Shown here: positions 10,793-22,800 of the stretch, one piece after another
How positions within the stretch are numbered: position 1 is the first letter of the stretch
How the letters are laid out: every line of letters starts with the position of its first letter
Assembly: GCA_943788175.1 (NCBI GenBank)
Contig: CALSPG010000006.1
Span: forward strand, 96,001-160,000
Reading direction: 5' to 3'
DNA: 64,000 nt
DNA from: an uncultured bacterium
GTDB taxonomy: Bacteria; Fidelibacterota; Marinisomatia; Marinisomatales; UBA1611
Position numbers and translations under genes: made by a program
The notes under the pieces: generated by a model
Told to the model about the DNA's origin: nothing
Database searches by the model: none
What the model saw: only the letters and a program-made list of their open reading frames with translations

Positions 10793-11715
10793 TCTAAGCC
10801 ACCTCCAGCAAATTCAGAGTCCATCAAATCTACTAAACCTAATTTCTTAACATTTAAATCAATCATGTAATTTTCTGATGCCTGTCTAACAATATCAAAA
10901 AATACATTTCTCTCTCTTCCATAAAAATGAAATATATTATTAATCCTACTTGGTGATACAACCGTTGTAATTTTACTGAGCGTGTTATATAAGTCATCAC
11001 TCAAATTTTCAAACTCAATTTGAAACTGATGGTAATCAAGAGTGCTTTCTAATAGTTTATCTAAATTACCGTCCATTATTATTCTTCCATCTCGAAAAAC
11101 TAATATTCGATCATGAGCCTGTTCAACTTCTTGTAATGAATTGCTCACATAAATTATAGATTTTTCACCTTTTAATTTTTTTAATAAATCCCAAGTAAGT
11201 CTTGAAGATGGTGCATCCATAAAACCTGTAGGTTCATCCAATATTAAGATTTCAGGGTTATGGATTAGAGCTCTTACTAACATCGCTCTTTTCTGAATTC
11301 CATAAGATACTGATGAAGCCAGCTGACCTAAAAACTTGTCAATTGCTAATGTGTGTGAAAAAGACTTAAGTCTATTTTTGTAATCTTTACTATTAACATT
11401 ATATAATAATGATGAAAATTTTATGTTTTGCTCAATAGTCAACCATGGATCTAAATCTGTCTCATGCGGAACAAGACCAACCAGTTTTCGGGTCTTTTTT
11501 TTCCTTTTTTGCATATCTAATCCGTGAACAAATATGCTTCCATAATCTGGCTTTTCTAAACCTGATAAGAGTTTAAGTAGCGTTGTTTTACCTGTATCAT
11601 TTGCGCCAATTATTGCAACTAATGACCCTCTTTCGACTCCGAATGTTAATCCAGCAACAATAGTTTTATCATCTATTTTTTTGCCAACTTTTTTTAAAGT
11701 AATACTTGCTTCCAT
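10789..11715 (-). CDS. ABC transporter ATP-binding protein (ABC-2/DrrA-like, atypical motifs)
   Basis: Walker A GANDTGKTT, Walker B LILDEPT, degenerate signature VSYGIQKR. Confidence 0.9.
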   Translation of the reverse strand: MEASITLKKVGKKIDDKTIVAGLTFGVERGSLVAIIGANDTGKTTLLKLLSGLEKPDYGSIFVHGLDMQKRKKKTRKLVGLVPHETDLDPWLTIEQNIKFSSLLYNVNSKDYKNRLKSFSHTLAIDKFLGQLASSVSYGIQKRAMLVRALIHNPEILILDEPTGFMDAPSSRLTWDLLKKLKGEKSIIYVSNSLQEVEQAHDRILVFRDGRIIMDGNLDKLLESTLDYHQFQIEFENLSDDLYNTLSKITTVVSPSRINNIFHFYGRERNVFFDIVRQASENYMIDLNVKKLGLVDLMDSEFAGGGLD

Positions 11716-11723
11716 AATTTGCC

Positions 11724-14429
11724 TTAGTGGGCTTCAAACCAATCTTTTCCTGAACCATAATCTACAATTACAGGGACTTTCAACTTCATCGCATTTTCCA
11801 TTGATTCTTTTACTAAAGGAATTAAAACATCTTTTTCATCAACAGGAAATTCGAACAATAATTCGTCATGAATTTGCAAAATCAATTTTGAGTTCATATG
11901 CTCGAGCTCTATATTTTTTTGAACATCTATCATAGCAATTTTAATTAATTCTGCGGCCGAACCTTGAATCGGCATGTTAATTGCAATTCTTTCTGCTGCC
12001 TGCCTTTTTAAAGCATTTTGGCTATTAATATCCCATACTGACCTTCGTCTACCAAGTAAAGTCTCAACATAATTATCAGATCTAGCCTTATCAAGAGTGG
12101 CCGAAATGTACTTTTTTACACCAGAATATTGATTAAAATATTCTTTAATTATTTCTTGTGATGCTTTTCTCGAGATACCAAGTTCTTGACTAATTCTAAA
12201 AGGTCCAGCACCATACATGATACCAAAATTTATAACTTTTGCAGTTCTTCGCATATCAGGTTGAACATCATCAATAGAAACGTTATATATTAAACTTGCG
12301 GTTCTGGTGTGAATATCTAAGTTAGCATTAAATGCATTGCAAAGTTCAAGATCTTCAGATAAATGAGCCATAACTCTTAACTCTATTTGAGAGTAATCAG
12401 CAGATAATATTTCCCAATTATCTCTTTGCGTAATAAAAGACTTCCTAATCTCCCTACCTTCTTTTGTCCTTATCGGAATATTTTGAAAGTTTGGATTTGT
12501 ACTCGATAGTCTTCCTGTTGATGCTATTGTCTGATTAAAAGTGGAATGTATTCTATTTGTATCAGGGTTAATAACAGTTGGTAGTGCATCAACATATGTA
12601 TTTTTTAATTTATTAAGCTTACGATATTCTAATATTAAGGTCGGTAATTCATGCTCTTGAATTAATTCTTTTAATACATTTTCAGCTGTAGATCTTTTTT
12701 TAATTTGTGTTAGCTTTAAATCATCAAATAAAATTTTAGCTAGCTGTTGAGTTGAATTGACATTGAATTCAGTATCAGAAATTTTATATATATCTTTAAC
12801 AAGAATGTCCAATCTGTCACCTATTTTTACTGACATTGCATTTAACGATTCTTGATCTACAAAAACTCCTTCCAGTTCCATCTTAGTTAAAACAGTTATT
12901 AATGGCATTTCAATATCAATGAAAAAATCCATTTGTTTATTTTCTTCAAGTTTAGATATGAAAATTTGCGATAGTTGTAAAACGATGTCTGCATCCTCAG
13001 CAGCATAATAAGCAGCTTTTTCAATTGGAACCATATCCATTGTTATTTGGTCTTTACCTCGACCAATAAGGTCCTCAATAGGAACCATTGTATAATTTAG
13101 AAACTCTATACTTAGCATATCTAGTTTATAAGATCTTGCAGATGGGTTCAAAATAGATGCTGCAACCATTGTATCAAAATAAATTCCTGCAACATTAATA
13201 CCATTTCTTGAAAAAATTAATGTATCATATTTAATATTTTGACCAACTTTTTTTATTTTATCATTTTCTAAGAAATCTTTAAGGTTTTCTAGAACAATTT
13301 TTAAATCATCCGCACCAAAATTATTTTTATTTTTTTCCAAGTATAATACAGGTATGTAAAAGCCTTCATCTTTTTTAAAAGAAATACTCACTCCAACAAT
13401 TTCAGCAACCATTGGATTAACAGAAGTCGTTTCTAGGTCAATAGATACCATATCTGAATTTTGAACCTTTTTAACTAATTCTTTTAATTCATCAATATTC
13501 AAGATCGTTTTATATACTTTTTCAATTGTTTTTGTTTTTATATCTACATCATCAACTGATAGATATTTCAATAAGCCAAAAAATTCTAATTCTTCAAATT
13601 TTTTGGATAAATCTTCGTGATTAAATGAGTTTATTATAAAATTTTCGATACTAGTATCAACGTCTACATCTTTTACTATTGTTACTAGCTCTCTACTCAA
13701 ATAGGCAATCTCTCTGCCATTAGTTAATCCATCATAAACACGTTTATTTTTTATCTTTGAAACATTATCTAAAACAGATTCAATATTATCATATTCGTTT
13801 AATAATTTTACGGCTGTTTTAACACCAACCCCAGAAACGCCTGGTACGTTATCTGATGAATCACCCATTAATGCTAGTAGATCTATAATTTTTTCTGGAG
13901 GAAGTCCCCATTTTTCAATAACACCTTGCCTATCATAAATCACTGGAGGATAATTTCTTTTACCTGGCGCATATAAAAATACTTTATCATTAATTAACTG
14001 CATAAAATCTTTATCGCCACTGACGATATAAGATTCAATTTGACTTTCTGAAACTGAATTTGTAATGGTACCTATAATATCATCAGCCTCGAAACCAGGT
14101 TTTCTTAAAACTGGAATATTCATTGCCTCAAGCACTTCCCATAGATGAGGAATTTGATGTTGCAATTCAAGAGGCATTTCAGGCCTATTTGCCTTGTAGT
14201 TTGAATAAATTTTGTGTCGAAAAGTTTTTTCTTTTGAATCAAATGCACAAACTAAATAATCAGGCTTTTCATCATTAATAAGTTTAATTATATGATTTGC
14301 AAAACCAAAAAGAGCACTAGTATGAAAACCATAGCTCGTAATCAAAGGATTACGTATCAATGCATAATGCGCTCTATATAAAATTGCATATCCATCAACA
14401 ATGAATAGTTTTTTCTTGATTTCTGTCAT
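11724..14429 (-). CDS. polA: DNA polymerase I
   Basis: 5'-3' exonuclease (VDGYAILYRA, EADDIIG, GDSSDNVPGV), 3'-5' exonuclease (DLETT), polymerase motifs TGRLSSTNPNFQNIP, DYSQIELR, QIHDEL. Confidence 0.98.
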   Translation of the reverse strand: MTEIKKKLFIVDGYAILYRAHYALIRNPLITSYGFHTSALFGFANHIIKLINDEKPDYLVCAFDSKEKTFRHKIYSNYKANRPEMPLELQHQIPHLWEVLEAMNIPVLRKPGFEADDIIGTITNSVSESQIESYIVSGDKDFMQLINDKVFLYAPGKRNYPPVIYDRQGVIEKWGLPPEKIIDLLALMGDSSDNVPGVSGVGVKTAVKLLNEYDNIESVLDNVSKIKNKRVYDGLTNGREIAYLSRELVTIVKDVDVDTSIENFIINSFNHEDLSKKFEELEFFGLLKYLSVDDVDIKTKTIEKVYKTILNIDELKELVKKVQNSDMVSIDLETTSVNPMVAEIVGVSISFKKDEGFYIPVLYLEKNKNNFGADDLKIVLENLKDFLENDKIKKVGQNIKYDTLIFSRNGINVAGIYFDTMVAASILNPSARSYKLDMLSIEFLNYTMVPIEDLIGRGKDQITMDMVPIEKAAYYAAEDADIVLQLSQIFISKLEENKQMDFFIDIEMPLITVLTKMELEGVFVDQESLNAMSVKIGDRLDILVKDIYKISDTEFNVNSTQQLAKILFDDLKLTQIKKRSTAENVLKELIQEHELPTLILEYRKLNKLKNTYVDALPTVINPDTNRIHSTFNQTIASTGRLSSTNPNFQNIPIRTKEGREIRKSFITQRDNWEILSADYSQIELRVMAHLSEDLELCNAFNANLDIHTRTASLIYNVSIDDVQPDMRRTAKVINFGIMYGAGPFRISQELGISRKASQEIIKEYFNQYSGVKKYISATLDKARSDNYVETLLGRRRSVWDINSQNALKRQAAERIAINMPIQGSAAELIKIAMIDVQKNIELEHMNSKLILQIHDELLFEFPVDEKDVLIPLVKESMENAMKLKVPVIVDYGSGKDWFEAH

Positions 14430-14482
14430 TATCTTAACATAAAAAATTACTTAAATGATGGTTATTGAACATGAATTTTTTT

Positions 14483-14520
14483 AGAATAAAAAAGCCCCAG
14501 ATGTGGGGCTTTTTTATTCT
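14483..14520 (-). terminator. Rho-independent terminator of groESL
   Basis: Perfect 17-bp inverted repeat agaataaaaaagcccca-gatg-tggggcttttttattct, 21 nt after the groEL stop; GC core flanked by A/T runs. Confidence 0.85.
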
Positions 14521-14541
14521 AAACAGGTTTAAAGGCAATGA

Positions 14542-16188
<1,647 letters not shown>

Positions 16189-16196
16189 TTAACTCC

Positions 16197-16487
16197 TTAC
16201 ATTATTGCGAGAATATCACTCTCGCGCATGATTATATAATCTGTTCCAGCAACATTTACTTCTGTGCCAGAATATTTACCGTATAATATTTTATCACCTT
16301 CCTTAACAGACATCTTAACTAAAGTACCTGTGTCACTTACTTTGCCTGGACCCACCGCAACAACAGTACCTTGTTGAGGCTTTTCCTGCGCTGTGTCTGG
16401 GAGAATAATTCCGCCAGATGATTTTTCTTCTGCAGCAGCTGCTTCAATTACAACTCTATCAGATAATGGTTTTAGACTTAAACCCAT
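16197..16487 (-). CDS. groS: Co-chaperonin GroES
   Basis: [42 protein letters not shown]. Confidence 0.98.
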   Translation of the reverse strand: MGLSLKPLSDRVVIEAAAAEEKSSGGIILPDTAQEKPQQGTVVAVGPGKVSDTGTLVKMSVKEGDKILYGKYSGTEVNVAGTDYIIMRESDILAIM

Positions 16488-16582
16488 TTTTAGAACTCCT
16501 TATTTGTGTTTTAGATAAATTTTTCAGTGATTGAGCGTATCAAACAAAAATGATACTTTAATCAATGCTTTCATAGTTGCTA

Positions 16583-16599
16583 ATGCAAAAATTATTCCG
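16583..16599 (-). promoter_or_regulatory. Putative sigma54-type (-24/-12) promoter of groESL
   Basis: Minus strand reads CGG-AATAATTTTT-GCAT, i.e. GG-N10-GC; a near-identical element lies upstream of htpG. Confidence 0.55.
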
Positions 16600-16644
16600 A
16601 ACTATTATTTCATGCATTCCATCATAAAATAAAGATATACGGGG

Positions 16645-16657
16645 TGCCAATTTGGCA
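16645..16657. promoter_or_regulatory. Palindromic operator TGCCA-N3-TGGCA upstream of groES
   Basis: tgccaatttggca is a perfect 6-1-6 palindrome; the same motif occurs at 51227-51239 before htpG. Confidence 0.55.
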
Positions 16658-16668
16658 TGAAATCAAGG

Positions 16669-17106
16669 TTATTTACCCGTACTTCCAAAACCATCTTTTC
16701 CCCTTGAGGTTTGAGATAACTCATCTGTTAAATCAAAATGTATTTCAGATCCATCCATAGCCACAATTTGAAATAATCTTTGACCGACCTCTAGACGATG
16801 CGGGATATCTTTAATATTATCAACAGCAGCCATTATCTCACCTCTATAACCCGAATCAATTAAACCAACAGAATTAGCAAGGCGTAATGGCGTTTTCGAA
16901 ATACTTGAGCGAGGCATGAGAAAATATGCTTTCCTATGAATATTTTCACAAGATATACCAAGCTTAATTCTTGACGTTTCCCCTGGATTAATAATTTGAT
17001 CTTCTACAATATAAACATCTAAACCAGCATCGCCCTGATGAAAGTGCTTATGGTTTTTGTACATATTATGGATTACTTTTGAATATGGTCTAATTTTAAG
17101 TTTCAC
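16669..17106 (-). CDS. dut: dUTP diphosphatase (trimeric dUTPase)
   Basis: Motifs I-V: DAGLD, PRSS, GLIDSGYRGEI, RLFQ, RGKDGFGSTG. Confidence 0.95.
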   Translation of the reverse strand: MKLKIRPYSKVIHNMYKNHKHFHQGDAGLDVYIVEDQIINPGETSRIKLGISCENIHRKAYFLMPRSSISKTPLRLANSVGLIDSGYRGEIMAAVDNIKDIPHRLEVGQRLFQIVAMDGSEIHFDLTDELSQTSRGKDGFGSTGK

Positions 17107-18406
17107 TATATGTTTCCGTTTTAATTAATAAATATAATCCTAAACTAATTACAATCAAACATACTCCAATCAGTGATTCAAACGGCTGAAGCCTAATAGT
17201 GTAGTACAAAATCCAAGTATTTAAAATAATAAATATTATTGGAGTGAACGGATACCCCCAGACTTTATAAACTCTCTTCAAATTTGGTTCCTTAATCCTT
17301 AGATATATGAGTGAGCATACTGTAATTGAAGTTGTAATAATCAAAATAATTCCTGTATAGAGCATCACCTCTTCAAAAGTCGATGAAATAATAAATATAA
17401 GACTTATAAAAAGCTGTAGTGAGAAGGCATTTAATGGAACGCCCTGCTTGTTAACTTTTGAAAGAAATTTAATCTTTTCATAATCTTTTCCAATTGCCTG
17501 AATTATTCTTGGTCCAATATATACGTAACTACTTACTGTAGATAAAAGCAGCAGTCCTATAAAAAAAGAAACTATCTTTGCAGTTTTAAGACCGAACAGA
17601 TTTATGCTAGATATATAGCCAATTTCAATTTTCCCCATGAGGGCATCTATTGGAGATATTAATAAAAATACATAATTCAATAGCACGTATAATGCAGTTA
17701 CAATTAAAGTCCCAATTAAAATTGATCTGAAAATATTTTTATTAGGTTGTATAATTTCTCCGACCACATAAATACTTGAGTTCCACCCCGCATAAGCATA
17801 TGAGACCCAAACTAAATTAACTGCAAATTCAGGACTAAATAAAATTCCAAAATCTTCAGATCTAGGTATAAAAGAAATACTCTGTTTATTATCAAATAAG
17901 AGGCCTATAGATACAAAACTAAATATTATTAATAATTTTAAAAATGTGGACCAAACCTGAAAAGATTTTCCAGTATCTAAGCTATAGGCATGCATAAAAT
18001 TCATAGATAAAATCACAAAAATTGCTACGATTTTGATATTAATAAAAGGAACTATTGGATTTAGATAACTTGCAAGAGCAATTGCTGCTAAAACAGCAGG
18101 CGCAGAAAAGCCAACAGTCGCTGAAATAAGCCCAGCGCTTAGCCCAATAGACGGATGTAAAATTCTAGAAAGCAAATAATATTCTCCGCCTGATTTAGGA
18201 AGAGCTGAGGCCAATTCACAATAACTTAAAGCACCAAAAAGTGATATCACACCGCCGATTAACCAAAGCATTAATAACGCAAATACAGACTGTATATCAA
18301 CAAGTTGATAACCCAAACTGGTAAATACGCCAGTGCCTACCATACTCGAAATAACCAACGATACAGCTGCAAATAAACTTAAATGACGATTCTTTCCACT
18401 AACCAA
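17096..18406 (-). CDS. APC family amino acid permease
   Basis: SMVGTGVF, ELASALPKSGGEY, YAYAGWN, WGYPFTP. Confidence 0.9.
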   Translation of the reverse strand: MVSGKNRHLSLFAAVSLVISSMVGTGVFTSLGYQLVDIQSVFALLMLWLIGGVISLFGALSYCELASALPKSGGEYYLLSRILHPSIGLSAGLISATVGFSAPAVLAAIALASYLNPIVPFINIKIVAIFVILSMNFMHAYSLDTGKSFQVWSTFLKLLIIFSFVSIGLLFDNKQSISFIPRSEDFGILFSPEFAVNLVWVSYAYAGWNSSIYVVGEIIQPNKNIFRSILIGTLIVTALYVLLNYVFLLISPIDALMGKIEIGYISSINLFGLKTAKIVSFFIGLLLLSTVSSYVYIGPRIIQAIGKDYEKIKFLSKVNKQGVPLNAFSLQLFISLIFIISSTFEEVMLYTGIILIITTSITVCSLIYLRIKEPNLKRVYKVWGYPFTPIIFIILNTWILYYTIRLQPFESLIGVCLIVISLGLYLLIKTETYSET

Positions 18407-18413
18407 TTATAAA

Positions 18414-18782
18414 TTAAGATAGCTTATAAATATTATAGGCAAAGGTTAACCAACTTGCTATCAAAACGACTCCTCCAACAGGAGTTATCATACCAAATTT
18501 TTTAAAGCCACCTAGAGAAACTAAGTACAAACTTCCCGAGAAAATAACAATCCCAACAATCATCATAATACCAGGTGTGCTTATAATCTCCTCAGCTAAA
18601 ATGTATCCGAGTAAGCCAAAAATTAATAAACCAAAGGAATGATACATCATATATCTAGTTGCAATTTCAAAAACAACTAATTGATCTGAACTAAGTTTTT
18701 CTTTAAGAAAGTGAGCGCCAAATGCGCCAAATAAAATGGATAAAGAAGCAAAAATTGAGCCTACTAATAAGAACAACTTCAT
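18414..18782 (-). CDS. DUF423 (YgdD/TMEM256) membrane protein
   Basis: GAFGAH, YMMYH, FSGSLY, ITPVGG. Confidence 0.9.
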   Translation of the reverse strand: MKLFLLVGSIFASLSILFGAFGAHFLKEKLSSDQLVVFEIATRYMMYHSFGLLIFGLLGYILAEEIISTPGIMMIVGIVIFSGSLYLVSLGGFKKFGMITPVGGVVLIASWLTFAYNIYKLS

Positions 18783-19858
18783 TTTTTTTCATTTTTATGA
18801 ATGATAGTTCTCATTGGGAATGGAATTTCAATACCCACTTCAGCATATTTTTTATGCAAAAGCTTAATAAATCTATCTATAATAGGGTTCTGATCTCCGT
18901 AACGATTTCCTCTAAAATAGACCATTAAGTTTATACTTGATTCACCAAAATTTTGAAAGCGCATAGTGGGCTCATACTTTTTGTTCGTTTCATCCATAGA
19001 AATTTGAATTTCTTTAATTACTTCATGAGTCACTTTTTCAACTTCATCTAAATTTGAACTATAACCAACGCCCACGGGGATTTTAACAGAGAAACTAGGA
19101 TCACCGCTATCAAAATTCTTAATAATGGCAGAAGATAATCGAGTATTAGGTATATGAATTATATTATTAGTTCTTTCCATTATCGTAGTATTGCGCCACG
19201 AAATATTTTGGACATAGCCCATATCACCAGTATCTATTTGAACAAAATCACCAACTTGGACTTTTTTGCTAAGTAGTATATGCAAACCAGCAAAAACATC
19301 CGTAAGGGTATCTTTTAATGCCAAAGAAACTGCAAGACCACCAACTCCGAGTGCAGTAATCATTGGAGCAATAGAAATACTTAAAGCATCTAAAATAATT
19401 AGAGCGCCGATAACATATATTGCAATCCTTACAAAATTTGTAAACATCGTTGTCGATGGGAAGCCTTTTTCTTGGTCTCTTGCCCAAGAATTAAAAAGGC
19501 TAACAGCTAACTTCCCAAAAGCTAATGTTATTGAACCGATGAGCATTATTACCAAAAATTTTGATACGTAGTCATTTAAAAAACTTTTTAAATATGTATT
19601 TTCCATCGCTATAGAGTCAATAGTAGAAGTCGCTATAGATAAGGCACCAAGGAAAAACCAAATAACTATATGAGGTTCAATAGCATCAAGGACTGCATCA
19701 TCTCCAGTCCAAGTGGATTTTTTTGCTGCTAGTTTAAGTTTTGAATGAATGGACCTTTTAAATACAAACCCAAAAAGGATTCCGACAACTACTATAATTA
19801 AAGGCGAGGCAAATATTTCGAAATTATTATAGAACCAAATTTTATCCATCTTAATCAA
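18779..19858 (-). CDS. Small-conductance mechanosensitive channel (MscS family)
   Basis: ALGVGGLAVSLALKDTL, VGDFV, FGESSIN, GIEIPFP. Confidence 0.92.
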   Translation of the reverse strand: MIKMDKIWFYNNFEIFASPLIIVVVGILFGFVFKRSIHSKLKLAAKKSTWTGDDAVLDAIEPHIVIWFFLGALSIATSTIDSIAMENTYLKSFLNDYVSKFLVIMLIGSITLAFGKLAVSLFNSWARDQEKGFPSTTMFTNFVRIAIYVIGALIILDALSISIAPMITALGVGGLAVSLALKDTLTDVFAGLHILLSKKVQVGDFVQIDTGDMGYVQNISWRNTTIMERTNNIIHIPNTRLSSAIIKNFDSGDPSFSVKIPVGVGYSSNLDEVEKVTHEVIKEIQISMDETNKKYEPTMRFQNFGESSINLMVYFRGNRYGDQNPIIDRFIKLLHKKYAEVGIEIPFPMRTIIHKNEKK

Positions 19859-22800
19859 AACTTACAGAAACTAGCTTTGATACTCCCTTCTTTTCTTGGG
19901 TTACTCCATACATGTGATTCGCTATTTCCATTGTAAGTTTATTATGGGTAACAACAATGAATTGAGTTTCATCAGCAAATTGTTTAAGTACTTTTGTGAA
20001 TTTATGAATATTAATATCATCTAAAGGAGCATCAACTTCATCTAAAATGCAATATGGACTGGGTTTAACTTGATATATTGAAAAAAGAAGTGAAATTGCA
20101 GTTAATGCTTTTTCACCACTCGAAAGCAACCTTAATGAAGTATTTCTTTTTCCCGGCGGTTGAGCATCAATTACGATATCTGCTTCTAATGGATCAGGGT
20201 CTCCCACTAAACGCAAAGCTCCATACCCCCCTTCAAAAAAAAGATTGAATAATTTTTTGTAATTTTTACTTATAAGCTTAAAAGTCTCTTGGAATTTTTT
20301 TCTAGCAATTCTGTCAATTTTTTGAATAGTCTCTCTCAAATTTTCTTCTGATTCAACTAAGTCATCTCGTTGCCTGCGCAAATGACTTAAACGTTCTGAG
20401 TCTTCGTTATACTCATCTTGGACTGCCATATTTACAGGTCCAATATTATCTAAACTTCTTTGGATTTTATCAACCTGATATGATAATTCATCTTCTACAT
20501 GGTCAACAATTAATTTTTTAGGTATCGAGGTGTCATAACGTTCTTTAATTTGTTCTCTAACAATTTCAATTTTTTGCTTTAATTCATTTAATTTGAATTC
20601 TGATAATTTCAAATTTTCTAAAATAGATTCTCGATCTTTTTGTTCAAGTTTAATTTTTGTTTGAATCTTATCAATACTATCATAAGTATCTCTAAAAACA
20701 GTTTGTTTTAAATCAATTATCGATTTTTGTTTTTGTAGCTCAGCGTTTGTTTCGGTTAGTTTTTTTTCACCATTTTCAATATTTTGGGAATACTCTTTTT
20801 TTAATAAAATCATTTTTTTCTCTTCCTCAATGATTTCAGATTGAATTTTTTCAATAGTCTTGATCTGCTCTTTTGCAGAATTAGATTTATAAACTATATT
20901 ATCATTTTTTGATTCAATATTGACCATTTCTACTCTAGCATCTTGCAATATTTGTTGCTGAAAATCTCTGCTTTTTCCTTGATCCAAGACATTTTGATTA
21001 GCTTTATTTATTTTTTCTTGAAATGATGATACTAACTTTTCAGCTTTTTGGATACCAGGCTCTATTTTTTTTAAGGAGAGCTGTGAATCATTTAGTACTT
21101 TTTCTGTTTCAGCCAACTCATTTTTAAGATTTCCCAAGCTTTCTAAAATTTGAGTCTGATTTAGATGGTTTTTCATCAAGGATGAATCTAATTGACTTAG
21201 TTGACTCTCACTATTTTTTATTAATTCTTGTTTTTTATTTAACTCAATTCTTGATGAATCTATTTTCTTTTCAATCAATGCTTGACTTGTAATTGTTTTT
21301 TTCTCTTCGCTTTTTGAATGAGCTAATTGTTCAGAAATAATTTCAAGTTTATTGCGTCTGCCAATTAGGTTTCCGTGCTCAGAAACTTGTCTGCTTTTTA
21401 TAACTAAATTTTTTCCAGAATATGTACCATTTAAATCAACCAGTCTCCAGCCCTCTAATTTTTTATCATTTGCAGCATGTTTCAAATCACTCACCACGAT
21501 AAGATCACCCAAAATATAGTCTGCGAGCGGCGATAGTTTCTTATCGGTTTTTACCAATTGAGAAGCTAAAGCAATAACATTATCTGACTTTGGTAAAGAT
21601 TTTAATTTTACTTTATAAGCAATTGCTTCTTTTAAAGGAATAATTGTTAAGTCACCTGCATTATTCTCAAGAGCCTTTTCTAATGTAGACAAGCCAGTCT
21701 TTTTATTTTTAGTTATTAGACAATGTGATAACTCACCTAACCCATTTTCTAAAGCATCCCTATATTCTTCTTCGACCTGAAACATATCCGCAACAGTACC
21801 AAGCACACCTGGGAAGACTTTAGGATTTTCAAGAACATATTGAGTGCCCTCAGGAAAACCTTCATTTGACTCAATTAACTCCTCATAAAATCTAGCCTGA
21901 TCATTTAACGATTCAATTTTTACAATTAAACTATTATTATTTTTTATATACTCTTGCTGTTGATCAATTAAAGTTTGAAGTTTTTTCTGAATCTCAGTTA
22001 ATTCTTTTTTTTCTTCCAAATAATTATTATCAATTTTAAGTTGTTTTTGCTCAAGTGATTTAATAGTGCTACTTATTTGTTTAGACTCTTTTTTTAATTC
22101 AAATATCTTTTTACTAATAATCGCAGCATTAGAAGTTTTATCATTTATTAAATTTTTTGTTCGATCATACATTGACTTATTTGAAGCAATAGTTTTTTGG
22201 TGGTTCCACCTCTCATTCTGAACTTGATCGAGATATTTTAATTCTTCATGGTACTTTTTTTCAATCTTATCTAATTCTTCTTTTTTATTTTTATAGGAGG
22301 ATAATGCAAGATCCAAGTCATTTTGCAATTTTTCACTCTCTTCAATAAAGGATTCATCCTCTTTACTCAAAATGGCTAATCTTTGGTTATTCGTTTTATA
22401 ATCTGTTTTTCCTCTTTCAATGGAAAGTGAGGTGGAATTACCTTTTTCAGTCCAAATCAGAATGTTTTGCCTTACTTCCTGACGATTTTCCGTAAGGGTT
22501 AGGAATTTAGATTGCAAAGCATTCAATTCATCTTCTTGTTCTTTATATATTAATCTATTTTTTTCTAATACTTCTTCATACTGCGAAGATTTATCTGTTT
22601 TTGAGCTTTTAAGGTGATTATAATCTTTAATCTCTTGTTCAAGAGGAGACATGATGTTTTGGTATTTGTCAACTTTCAAAAATGCTAATTCAATATCTTT
22701 TTCTCGAAGCTGATGAGAGAGATTTTCATGACGCTTAAACCTCTTTAGCTGAAGTTCTAGACCATGAACTTTTTGTTCAACCTCAGAAATAACATCATTA

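Noticed and set aside
16560-16585. TTAGCAAC half-site as a possible CIRCE upstream of groES
   Set aside because: No matching second arm at 9-nt spacing
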